Source of the DNA: Squalus acanthias
Taxonomy: Eukaryota
Assembly (NCBI GenBank): GCA_030390025.1
Contig: JASTWF010000277.1
Location: 186,001 to 250,000, forward strand
Length of the DNA: 64,000 bases
Direction of reading: 5' to 3'
Shown: piece by piece, positions 13,410 through 25,119 of the stretch
Layout: each line of letters opens with the position of its first letter
Numbering within the stretch: position 1 is the stretch's first letter
The notes under the pieces: generated by a model
What the model saw: the letters and a program-made list of their open reading frames with translations, nothing else
Told to the model about the DNA's origin: nothing
Databases searched by the model: none
Made by a program: the position numbers and the translations under genes

Positions 13410-14095
13410 TTCAGCAGAGAAAGTGGCCATTCAACCCAACAGGTTTCTGCTCCACAATAACTTCTTCGCACCCATCTCCATCTAACCGCATCCAGATATC
13501 CTTCTATTCCTTTCTCCCACATGTGTTTATATTTTGCTTCCCTTTAAATGCATCTATGCTATTCACCTCAAATTTAATTAACTTCTCTGCATTACAATTT
13601 TACCGCTCTACAAACGTTGCCCAGTGCTTTGTTTTTTTTTAGAGGATCTATTTACCTGCGTCGCTATCTTTACTGATGTTGTTTCTGTACATCAGATATC
13701 AATGTTCCTCTACCCCATTTAGAAACTTACCATCCAAGGAGTCCACTTCGTTTAAGTAAATAGAGAACAACCGTGGTCCCAGCATCGATCCCACCATTTT
13801 ACAATCTGAATAATTCCCTTTAGCCCCTATTCTCTGTGTGTTGCTTTGTTGCAGCTGGCTGTCCATTCTACGACTTGTCCCCTGACTCCACATGTTCTGA
13901 CCTTAGCGTTCAGTGTATTATGCGGTACATCAACAAAGGTATTTTGAAATTCAAAAATATTACGGCCACTGAATTAATCTGATCTGCCTTTCTGGTACTT
14001 CTTCAAATAATTCAATAAGGCTGGTCAAGCATGTCCACCCATTTGTAATCCGTGCTGGCTACTCTTTCTCATACTTCAGTTTCTAGATGATTATC
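13410..14095 (-). mobile_element. Old, internally deleted CR1 remnant
   Basis: GSMLGPRLFSIYLNE RT motif on the minus strand; CR1 3' UTR-like sequence near 13420-13570. Confidence 0.7.
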
Positions 14096-14129
14096 TATTA
14101 CAGCACAGAATAAGAAAACTATCACTTTC

Positions 14130-14990
14130 CAACAGCAGCAGACTGTGAGCAGAGAGATAAGTGTAAGATGTTTCCTAATAGTTAACGGGAGACAGTTTAT
14201 GATAAACAGCTACAGAGTGCATGCAGATTGATCAGTGTAGAAATATCTCTGATAGTTCCCGGGAGCAGTGTGTGTGATTGGTAGCTGCCTATTTTAGACA
14301 GATTGATCAGTGTAGAAATATCTCTGATAGTTCCCGGGAGCAGTGTGTGTGATTGGTAGCTGCCTATTTTAGGCACATTGATCAGTGTAGAAATGTCCCT
14401 GATAGTTCCCGGGAGCAGTGTGTGTGATTGGTAGCTGACTATTTTAGGCACATTGATCAGTGTATTAATGTTACTGATAGTTTCCGGGAACAGTGTGTGT
14501 GATTGGTAGCTGACAATTTTAGGCACATTGATCAGTGTATTAATGTCTCTGATAGTTTCCGGGAACAGTGTGTGTGATTGGTAGCTGCCTATTTTAGGCA
14601 CATTGATCAGTGTAGAAATGTAGCTGATATTTCCCGGGAGCAGTGTGTGTGATTGGTAGCTGACTATTTTAGGCAGATTGATCAGTGTATTAATGTCTCT
14701 GATAGTTCCCAGGAGCAGTGTGTGTGATTGGTAGCTGCCTATTTTAGGCACATTGATCAGTGTAGAAATGTCTCTGATATTTCCCGGGAGCAGTGTGTGT
14801 GATTGGTAGCTGACTATTTTAGGCAGATTGATCAGTGTATTAATGTCTCTGATAGTTCCCAGGAGCAGTGTGTGTGATTGGTATCTGCCTATTTTAGACA
14901 GATTGATCAGTGTAGAAATGTCTCTGATAGTTCCTGGGAGCAGTGTGTGTGATTGGTAGCTGCCTATTTTAGGCAAGTTGATCAGTGTAG
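14130..14990. repeat. 75-bp minisatellite, variant B (left part)
   Basis: Unit GATAGTTCCCGGGAGCAGTGTGTGTGATTGGTAGCTGCCTATTTTAGGCACATTGATCAGTGTAGAAATGTCTCT; resumes at 22203. Confidence 0.95.
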
Positions 14991-15093
14991 AAATATAGAA
15001 ATATAGAAACATAGAAAATAGGTACAGGAGTAAACCATTCGGTCCTTCGAGACTGCACCGCCATTCAATGCGTTCATGGCTGAACATGCTACC

Positions 15094-17900
15094 TCAGTAC
15101 CCAATTCCTGCTTTCTCGCCATACCCCTTGATCCCCCTAGTTGTGAGTGTTATATCGAACTCCCTTTTGAATATATTTAGCGAACTGGCCTCAACAACCT
15201 TCTGTGGAAGGGAATTCCATAGATTCACCAATCTCTGGGTGAAGAAGTTCCTCCTCAGCTCAGTCTTAAATGGCTTCCCCTTAATCCTTAGACTGTGACC
15301 CCTGGTTCTAGTTTTCCCTAACATTGGGAACATTCTGCCCGCATCTAATTTGTCTAAACCAGTCAGGATTTTAAATGTCTCTATAAGATCCCCCCTCATT
15401 CTTCTGAACTCCAGAGGATACAAGTTCAGTTGACCCAATCTTTCTTGATATGTCAGTCCGGCCATCCCAGGAATCAATCTAGTGAAGCTTCGCTGCACTC
15501 CCTCAATAGCAAGAATGTCCTTCCTTAAGTTAGGAGACCAAAACTGCGCACAATACTCCAGGTGTGGCCTCACCAAGGCCCTGTACAACTGCAGCATCAC
15601 CTCCCTACTCCTGTACTCAAATCCCCTTACTATGAAGGCCATCATTCCGTTTGCTTTCTTGACTGCCTGCTGCACTTGCATTCCCACCTTCAATGACTGA
15701 TGTACCATGATGCCCAGGTCTCGTTGCACCTCCCCTTTCCCTAATCTGCCACCATTCAGGTAATAGTCCGTCTCTCTATTTTTACCACCAAAGTGGATAA
15801 CCTCACATTTATCCACATTGTACTTCATCTGCCATACATTTGCCCATTCACCCAACCTGTCCAAGTCACTCTGTAGCCTCCTAGCATCCTCCTCATTGTT
15901 CACACTGCCTCCCAATTTAGTGTCATCCGCAAATTTGGAGATATTACATTTAATCCCTTCGTCCAAATCATTAATATATAATGTAAACAGCTGGGGTCCT
16001 AGCACCGAACCCTGCGGTACCCCGCTGGTCACTGCCTGCCATTCTGAAAAGTACCCATTTACTCCTACTCTTTGTTTCCTGTGTGCCAACCAGTTCTCAA
16101 TCCACATCAACACATTACACCCAATCCCATGTGCTTTAACTTTGCTCACCAATCTCTTGTGTGGGACCTTGTCGAAGGCCTTCTGAAAGTCCAAATACAC
16201 CACATCTACTGGTTCCCCCCTGTCCACCCTATTGGAAACATCCTCAAAAAATTCCAGAAGATTTGTCAAGCATGATTTCCCTTTCACAAATCCATGCTGA
16301 CTTGGACCTATCATGTCGCCACTTACCAAATGGTCTGTTATGACATCTTTAATAATTGCTTCCATCATTTTACCCACCACCGATGTCGGGCTGACCGGTC
16401 TATAATTCCCTGCTTTCTCCCTCCCTCCTTTTTTAAAAAGAGAGGTTACATTCGCCACCCTCCACTCCATCGGAACTGATCCAGAGTCTAAGGAATGTTG
16501 GAAAATGATCGTCAATGCATCCACTATTTCCAAGGCCACCTCCTTAAGTACTCTGGGATGCAGACCATCAGGCCCCGGGGATTTTTCAGCCTTCAGTCCC
16601 ATCAATTTCCCCAATACCTTTTCCCGACAAATTCGGATTTCCCTCAGCTCCTCCCTCTTACCAGATCCTCTGACGCCTTTTATTTCCGGCAGGTTGTGTG
16701 TGTCCTCCACAGTAAACACCGAACCAAAGTACTTGTTCAATTGATCAGCCATTTCCTTGTTCCCCATTACGACTTCCCCTGTTTCCGACTGCAGGGGACC
16801 TACGTTTGTTTTTACTAACCTCTTTCTTTTTACATATTTATAGAAGCTTTTGCAGTCCATTTTAATGTTCTCTGCAAGCTTCCTTTCATATTTTATTTTC
16901 CCTGCCCTAATCAAACCCTTCGTCCTCCTCTGCTGAGTTTTGAAGTTCTCCCAGTCCCCGGGTTTGCTGCTACTTCTGGCCAATTTGTATGCAAATTCCT
17001 TGGTTTTAATACTATCCCTGATTTCCCTTGTTAGCCATGGTTGAGCCACCTTCCCTTTTTTATTTTTACGCCAGACCGGGATGTACAATTGTTGTAGTTC
17101 ATCCATGCGATCTCTAAATGTCTGCCATTGCCCTTCCACTGATAGCCCCTTAAATATCGCTTGCCAATTTAACCTCGCCAATTCACGCCTCATACCATCA
17201 AAGTTGCCCTTATTTAAGTTCTGGACCATGGTCTCTGACTTAACTGTTTCCTTCTCCATCCTCATGTAGAACTCCACCATACTATGGTCACTCTTCCCCA
17301 AGGGCCCTCGCACCACAAGATTGCTGATTAGTCCTTCCTCATTACACAACACCCAGTCCAGGATGTCCTCCCCTCGAGTTGGTTCCTCAACATATTGGTT
17401 TAGGAAACCATCCCTTAAACACTCCAGGAAATCCTCCTCCACCGTATTGCTTCCAGTTTGAGTAGCCCAATCTATATGCATATTAAAGTCACCCATGATA
17501 ACTGCCGTGCCTTTTTTGCACGCACCTCTGATTTCCTGTTTCATACCCTCCCCCACCTCACTACTGCTGTTTGGCGGTCTGTACACAACTCCTGCTAACG
17601 TTTTCTGCCCTTTGGTGTTCTGCAGCTCAACCCATATTGATTCCACATCCTCCAAGCTGATGTCCTTCCTAGCTATTGCATTAATCTCCTCTTTAACCAG
17701 CAATGCTACCCCACCCCATTTTCCTTTTATTCTATCTTTTGTGAATGTTGAATACCCCTGGATGTTCAGTTCTCAGCCTTGATTGTTCTGGAGCCATGTC
17801 TCTGTAACCCAATCACATCGTATCCATTAACATCTGTTTGCACAGTCAATTCATCCACCTTATTACGGATACTCCTTGCATTAAGACACAGAGCCTTTAG
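15094..17900 (-). pseudogene. CR1 ORF2 (APE endonuclease + reverse transcriptase), disrupted near the N-terminus
   Basis: 869-aa open frame with YRPP, GDFN, SDH, KFADDTK; upstream LNARSIRNK...YDVIG is separated by a 1-nt deletion near 17807 (ITETW motif) and a TGA at 17773-17775. Confidence 0.92.
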
Positions 17901-18076
17901 GCTTGTTTTATTAACATCCTTTGTCCTTTTAGACTTATGATTTAGTATGGCCCTTTGTGTTTCTTGCCTTTGTTTACTCGGCCTTCCCCTATTGTTTCTC
18001 ACCCTTCTAACATTTGTTTCTGACTGCATATTACTTCCCCTTGTTTCGCTACATAGGTTCCCATTCCCCTGCCATA

Positions 18077-19021
18077 TTAGTTTAAATCATTCCGAACTGC
18101 ATTAGCAAATATTACCCCGAGGACATCGGTTCCAGTCCTGCCCAAGTGCAGACCATCCCTTTTGTACAGGTCCCACTTCCCCCAGAACTGGTTGCAATGC
18201 CTCAGGAATTTGAATCCCTCCCTCCTGCACCACTGCTCAAGCCACGTATTCAATCTCACTATCCTGTTCTCTCTATTCTGATTAGCACGTGGCCCTGGTA
18301 GCAATCCAGAGATTACTACCTTATAGGTCCTACTTTTTAATTTAGCTCCTAGCTCCCTAAATTCTGCTTGTAGGACCTCTTCTCGCTTTTTACCTATATC
18401 GTTGGTACCGACATGCACCACGACAGCTGGCTGTTCACCCTCCCTCTTCAGAATGTTCTGCAGCCGCTCCGAGACATCTTTGACCCTTGCACCAGGGAGG
18501 CAACATACCATCCTGGAATCTCGGTTGCGGCCACAGAAATTCCTGTCTATTCCCCTTACAATTGAGTCCCCTATCACTATAGCCCTACCACTCTTTTTCG
18601 CGCCCTTCTGTGCAGCAGAGCCAGCCATGGTGCCATGAACCTGGCTGCTGGTGCCTTCCCCTGGTAGGCCATCTCCCCCAACAGTATCCAAAGCGGCATA
18701 CCTGTTTTGGAGGGAGAAGACCACAGGGGACTCCTGTACTACCTTCCTGATATTGCCCTGCTTCTTTGTCACCCATTCACTGTCTGTCCTAGCCTTTACC
18801 TGCGGTGTGGACAACTCACTAAATGAGCGATTCACCGAGTTCTCAGCATCGTGCATGCTCCAGAGTGAGTCCACCCGCAGCTCCAGCACCGCCATGCGAG
18901 CTGTCAGGAGCTGCAGCTGGACACACTTCCCGCACACGTAGTTGTCAGGGACACTGGAAGTGTCCCTGGTTTCCCACATTGCACAGGAGGAGCATGAAAC
19001 GGGTCCGAGACTTCCTGTCAT
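18077..19021 (-). CDS. CR1 ORF1 protein: zinc finger, leucine zipper and SGNH esterase
   Basis: Intact 314 aa; CSSC...CGKC, heptad leucines, GDS, HVGTND and DGLH motifs. Confidence 0.92.
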   Translation of the reverse strand: MTGSLGPVSCSSCAMWETRDTSSVPDNYVCGKCVQLQLLTARMAVLELRVDSLWSMHDAENSVNRSFSELSTPQVKARTDSEWVTKKQGNIRKVVQESPVVFSLQNRYAALDTVGGDGLPGEGTSSQVHGTMAGSAAQKGAKKSGRAIVIGDSIVRGIDRNFCGRNRDSRMVCCLPGARVKDVSERLQNILKREGEQPAVVVHVGTNDIGKKREEVLQAEFRELGAKLKSRTYKVVISGLLPGPRANQNRENRIVRLNTWLEQWCRREGFKFLRHCNQFWGKWDLYKRDGLHLGRTGTDVLGVIFANAVRNDLN

Positions 19022-19375
19022 GACTTATCCCTTATGTTACTTTATTACTAAAATTTAAACTTATTTATCTTAGGTCCAGGAGTTAAGTCCCTGAAAACAA
19101 AATATAAAATCGAACCTACCTTTTAAATTCCCTCTACCCCTAATGGTTAGAGGAGGTGGGAGGGTGGGTGTCACTACTAGGGTAGTGTCTCGGCTTTCGC
19201 AACCGCTCCACCTATATACGGGTACCAATGAATTGGCCCCGCCCCCTGCCTTTGAAAAAGCCCGCGAAGCTCTTTCCCCGCTGGGGAAAAAGTCCACGTC
19301 GGTGAGTTTAATGACTCCCCTCAGGCCTCCGCCGCTCCAACCAGGACCGCCCCTCCCTCCCCGCTGCCGACCGCT

Positions 19376-22155
19376 ATACATAGAACAGTACAGCACAGTA
19401 CAGGCCCTTCGGCCCTCGATGTTGTGCCGAGCATTGTCCGAGACCAAGATCAAGCTATCACACTCCCTATCACTCTGGTGTGCTCCATGTGCTTATCCAA
19501 TAACCGCTTGAAAGTTCCTAAAGTGTCCGACTCCACTATCACAGCAGGCAGTCCATTCCACACCCCAACCACTCTCTGAGTAAAGAATCTACCTCGGACA
19601 TCCCTTTTATATCTCCCCCCATGCACCTTATAGTTATGCCCCCTTGTAACAGCTGCGTCTACCCGAGGAAATAGTCTCTGCACATCCACTCTATCTATCC
19701 CCCTCATCATCTTATAAACCTCTATTAAGTCGCCTCTCATCCTCCTCCGCTCTAAAGAGAAAAGCCCCAACTCCCTCAATCTTTCTTCATAAGACCTCCC
19801 CCCCAAACCAGGCAGCATCCTGGTAAATCTCCTTTGCACTCTTTCCAATGCTTCCACGTCCTTCCTATAGTGAGGTGACCAGAACTGCACACAATATTCC
19901 AAATGTGGTCTCACCAAGGTCCTGTACAGTTGCAGCATAACCTCACGGTTCTTAAACTCAAACCCTCTGTTAATAAACGCCAACACACCATAGGCCTTTT
20001 TACTGCTCTATCCACTTGAGTGGCAACCTTCAGAGATCTGTGGATATGAACCCCCAGATCCCTCTGCTCCTCCACGTTCCTCAGAACCCTGCCGTTGACC
20101 CTGTAATCCTTATTCAAATTTGCCCTACCAAAATGAATCACCTCGCACTTATCAGGGTTAAATTCCATCTGCCATTTTTCGGCCCAGCTCTGCATCCTAT
20201 CAATGTCTCTTTGCAGCCTACAACTGCCCTCCACCTCATCCACTACTCCACCAATCTTGGTGTCATCAGCAAATTTACTGATCCACCCTTCAGTCCCCTC
20301 CTCCAAGTCATTGATAAAAATCACAAACAGCAGAGGACCCAGCACCGACCCCTGTGGCACACCGCTGGTAACTGGTCTCCAGTCCGAAAATGTTCCATCC
20401 ACCACCACCCTCTGCCTTCTATGAGATAGCCAGTTACTTATCCAATCGGCCAAATTTCCCTCTATCCCACAACTCCTTACTTTCTTCATGAGACGACCAT
20501 GGGGAACCTTATCAAACGCCTTACTAAAATCCATGTATACGACATCAACTGCTCTACCTTCATCTACACACTTAGTTACCTCCTCAAAGAATTCAATCAA
20601 ATTTGTTAGGCAAGACTTACCCTTCACGAATCCGTGTTGACTATCCCTGATTAAGTTGCCCCTTTCCAAATGGTCATAAATCCTATCCCTCAGGACTTTT
20701 CCATTATCTTACCAACCACCGAAGTAAGACTAACCGGCCTATAATTACCAGGGTCATTCCTATTTCCTTTCTTGAAGAGAGGAACAACATTCGCCACTCT
20801 CCAGTCCTCTGGCACCATCCCCGTGGACAGTGAGGACCCAAAGATCAAAGCCAGAGGCTCTGCAATCTCCTCCCTTGCCTCCCAAAGAATCCTAGGATAT
20901 ATCCCATCTGGCCCAGGGGTCTTATCGACCCTCAGGTTCTTCAAAATTGCTAAAACATCTTCCCTCAGAACATCTACCACCTCCAGCCTATCCACCTTTA
21001 TCACACTCTCATCCTCAAGAACATGGCCCCTCTCCTCGGTGAACACTGACGAAAAGTATTCATTCATCACCTCTCCTATCTCTTCTAACTCCATGCACAA
21101 GTTCCCACTACTGTCCTTGACCGGCCCTACCCTCACCCTGGTTATTCTTTTATTTCTCACATAAGAGTAAAAAGCCTTGGCGTTTTTCTTGATCCGACCC
21201 GCCAAGGACTTCTCATGCCCCCTCCTAGCTCTCCTAAGCTCTTTTTTTAGCTCATTCCTTGCTACCTTGTACCCCTCAATCGACCCAACTGAACCTTGTT
21301 TTCTCATCCTTACATACGCTTCCTTTTTCCTCTTGACTAGACATTCAACCTCTTTTGTGAACCATGGTTCTCTCACTCGGCCATTTCCTCCCTGCCTGAC
21401 AGGGACATACCTATCAAGGACACGCAGTAATTGCTCCATGAAAAAGCTCCACTTTTCGTTTGTGCCTTTCCCTGATAGTTTCTGTTCCCATCTTATACTC
21501 CCTAATTCTTGCCTAATCGCATCATAATTACCCCTCCCCCAATTATAAACCCTGCCCTGCCGTATGGCCCTATCCCTCTCCATTGCAATAGTGAAAGTTA
21601 CCGAATTGTGGTCACTATCTCCAAAGTGCTCTCCCACATACAAATCAAACACTTGGCCCGGTTCATTACCCAGTACCAAATCCAACGTGCCCCCACCTCT
21701 TGTCGGCCTATCCACATATTGTGTCAGGAAACCCTCCTGCACACACTGTGCAAAAACTATCCCATCCGAACTGTTTGACCTATAAAGGTTCCAATCAATA
21801 TTTGGAAAGTTGAAGTCACCCATGACAACTACTCTGTGACCTCCACACCTATTCATAAGCTGCTTTGCAATTTCTTCCTCCACATCTTTATTACTATTTG
21901 GGGGCCTGTGGAAAACTCCTAACAACTTGACCGCTCCTTTCCTATTTCTAACTTCAGCCCATATTACCTCAGACGGCAGATCCCCCTCGAACTGCCTTTC
22001 TGCCGCTGTTAAACTATCCTTGATTAACAATGCTACTCCTCCACCTTTCTTACCAACTTCCCTACTCTTACTGAAACATCTATACCCCGGAACTTCCAAC
22101 AACCATTCCTGTCCCTGCTCTAACCATGTCTCCGTAATGGCCACCACATCGTAGT
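19376..22155 (-). mobile_element. Second-family CR1 LINE, ORF2 from the endonuclease YDVVAITETW motif to the 3' tail, frameshifted
   Basis: ORFs 20690..22147, 19911..20669 and 19450..19986 join into one EN-RT protein; distinct tail GGGCCGAAGGGCCTGTACTGTGCTGTACTGTTCTATG. Confidence 0.93.
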
Positions 22156-22202
22156 GGGAGAGAGGAAGAAAGAAAGGCTCCTCCTCCCCCGCTGTCGACG
22201 CT

Positions 22203-23365
22203 GATGTCTGTGATAGTTCCCGGGAGCAGTGTGTGTGATTGGTAGCTGCCTATTTTAGGCAGAGTGATCGGTGTAGAAATGTCTCTGATAGTTCCCGGGA
22301 GCAGTGTGTGTGATTGGTAGCTGCCTATTTTAGGCAGATTGATCACTGCATTAATTTCTCTGACAGTTTTCGGAAGCAGTATGTCTGATTGGTAGCTGCC
22401 TATTTTAGCCAGAGAGATATGTGCAGAAATTTCTCTGCCAGTTCACTGGAGGAGAGCGGGTGATAAAAAGTTGCAGACTGTAGGCAGGGAGATAAGTTTA
22501 GGAAGTTCTCTGACAGTTCCCGTGATGGCAGTGCGCAATTGATGGCTGCAGACTTTCTGCAGAGAGATACATGCTGAAATTCCCGGGAGGAGAGTTTGGG
22601 ATTGGCAGCTGGAGACTGTATACAGAGAGGGAAGTTCAGGTATTTTTCTGCCAGTTCACTGGAGGAGAGTGGGTGATTGGCAGCTGCAGACTGTATACAG
22701 AGAGGGAAGTTAAGGAATTTATCTGCCAGTTCACTGGAGGAGAGTGGATGATTGACAGCTACAGACTGTATACAGAGAGGGAAGTTCAGGTATTTTTCTG
22801 CCAGTTCACTGGAGGAGAGTGGGTGATTGACAGCTGCAGACTGTATACAGAGAGGGAAGTTCAGGAATTTATCTGCCAGTTCACTGGAGGAGAGTGGGTG
22901 ATTGACAGCTGCAGACTGTATACAGAGAGGGAAGTTCAGGTATTTTTCTGCCAGTTCACTGGAGGAGCGAGGGTGATTGACAGCTGCAGACTGTATACAG
23001 AGAGGGAAGTGTAGGAATTTATCTGCCAGTTCACTGGAGGAGAGTGGGTGATTGGCAGCTGCAGACTGTATACAGAGAGGGAAGTTAAGGAATTTATCTG
23101 CCAGTTCACTGGAGGAGAGTGGGTGATTGACAGCTGCAGACTGTATACAGCAAGGGAAGTTCAGGTATTTTTCTGCCAGTTCACTGGAGGAGAGTGGGTG
23201 ATTGACAGCTGCAGACTGTATACAGAGAGGGAAGTTCAGGTATTTATCTGCCAGTTCACTGGAGGAGAGTGGGTGATTGGCAGCTGCAGACTGTATACAG
23301 AGAGGGAAGTTAAGGAATTTATCTGAAGGCTGCCGGGAGGAGAGGGGTGATTGGCAGCTTCAGAT
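22203..23365. repeat. 75-bp minisatellite, variant B grading into variant C
   Basis: B units to about 22420, then C unit CCAGTTCACTGGAGGAGAGTGGGTGATTGACAGCTGCAGACTGTATACAGAGAGGGAAGTTCAGG... Confidence 0.93.
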
Positions 23366-23399
23366 GACGTGTACAAAGTAAAATACAGGGATGGAAAAG

Positions 23400-23510
23400 A
23401 AAAAAGATTGTCTTACATTTTGTTTGTTTCACCACCTCAGGACGTTCCAAAGCGCCCTGCTGCCAATTAAGTGCTTTTGAAATGTAGCCATTGTTGTAAT
23501 GTCGGAAAAC
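23400..23510 (-). mobile_element. DeuSINE 3'-tail fragment
   Basis: Reverse complement matches the SINE tails at 10820-10920 and 55500-55610. Confidence 0.6.
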
Positions 23511-23969
23511 TAAATGTAATATAATGCAAAACGAAATTCAATCAGGCGGAAGAAACGAAAAGTCAATGGGTTCTCAACTTAGTTTGATACAAGGCCAAGG
23601 TCGGGGGCTCAAACACCGGACGGAGCACAGAATTTTTTGGGGGGAGCGGGAAAATTCTTATTTTTTTCTAATCTTAAAAATGGAAAGACTGGAAGGGAAA
23701 GTACCGCAATCAGAACAAGGGAACAGCGGATTTTAAATAATTATTCTTGTATTTCAATAAAAAAAAAATTGAACAAATTACAGGGAGAGCTAAATTAAAA
23801 AAAAACACGTTGTTTTTTTAAATAAAACTGTAGTGTTATGAGCACGAGACACAAACATGGCCGACCGCATGTCATGCAAACATTGCCGAAAGAACGTCAA
23901 AAAGCATAGCCGAAATACGTCACATAAACAGGTTGAACGTCTGTCAAACAAAAATGGCCGAGCATAGGC

Positions 23970-24080
23970 CACACAAACATGGCAGACCAGACATCACACA
24001 AACATGGCAGACCAGACATCACACAAACATGGCAGACCAGACATCACACAAACATGGCAAACCAGACATCTCGGAAACAT
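23970..24080. repeat. 25-bp tandem repeat CACACAAACATGGCAGACCAGACAT, about 4 copies
   Basis: Direct tandem copies, with degenerate copies from 23850. Confidence 0.85.
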
Positions 24081-24432
24081 GGCGGACGGCACATATTTGA
24101 GTCAAATGAGGTCTACCATGTTGATATTACGACTCGGAGACTCTGTATGTGAGAGACATTGTCAAAATCTGTGTGTGAGGGATTGGGTCTCAGAGATACT
24201 GTGTGTGAGAGAGTGAGTCTCGAGATCCTGTGTGTCTCGAGTCTGTGTGTAAGTGGTTGAGTTTCTGATTATGTGGTGAGAGATTGAGTCTCAGAGATAA
24301 TGTGTGTGAGAGAGTGTTTCTTGAGTTTGTGTGAGAGAGTGAGTCACAGCTGCTGTGTGTGAGGGAGTAAGTGTCAGAGATACTGTATGTGCGAGAGTGA
24401 GTCTCGAGTCTGTGTTTCAGCCAGTGAGTCGG

Positions 24433-24900
24433 TGGCCTAGAAATTGGGCTGTTTATCACCACCCGTCGTGTCGCTGCACTGGCGAAAATGGCGTCCGCCT
24501 CTCTATCGCCCTTCTCTGCCGCGGGATTCGGCGGCCGCCATTTTAATGAGGGACGATAGCAGCGCTGGCCATGGAGCTGGAAACGAAGAGAGTGTGACAT
24601 CATTTGGGGTGCAACCCCTTGTAACTTCACGCTCTTCGAACTTAAACGTTAGCGCTGAGTTTAGCGCAGGGTCCTGAGCGCGCTTGAAAACTCAGCGTGC
24701 AGCAGACCTTCAGAGACGCTCTCAGCACCTCTTAAAGGGAAGCACACATCTTCCAGGCGAGTTTGTAGTTAAGCTTTTGGACTCGATTTTATTTAGGTCA
24801 TTGAAGGATTGGCTTGCTGCAATACATATTTAAACAGCTTTAATAAATACAGGGGTTCAGCGAGTGCTGCTGGACGTTTGCAAGGCTTTGGATGGTAAAG
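24433..24900. mobile_element. CpG-rich fragment of an unclassified interspersed repeat
   Basis: Abrupt CpG-rich block starting GGCCTAGAAATTGGG, similar to the start GCCCAGAAATTTGGG at 57314. Confidence 0.4.
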
Positions 24901-25119
24901 GAGGGCCTCTGGCAAGACATAAAATACTGGAAATACTCAGCATGTCAAGCAGCATCCGTGGCTTGAGAGAAAGAGTTCACCTCGGAGGTCGAAATTCTGC
25001 CTGACTTGCTGAGTATTACTGGAAAATTATGACTTGATTTTTTATTTACAGCACCCACTGGTAGATGGAAGAGTAAGATGCTGAAGATAAAGATGCAGAA
25101 GAGCAGGAACCCTTCAGAC

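Larger units (their letters stand above)
14990..19375 (-). mobile_element. Full-length CR1 LINE (5' UTR, ORF1, ORF2, 3' tail)
   Basis: GC-rich 5' end, ORF1 esterase, ORF2 endonuclease plus RT, 3' UTR hairpin region and (CTATRTTT)n tail. Confidence 0.95.

Noticed and set aside
15068-22154. Plus-strand ORFs overlapping the CR1 elements
   Set aside because: Antisense shadow frames of LINE ORFs
12245-23326. 25-aa periodic ORFs with spaced Cys/His resembling zinc-finger or LRR repeats
   Set aside because: They arise from a 75-bp unit; open frames switch strand and frame between variants and lack C2H2 or LRR consensus
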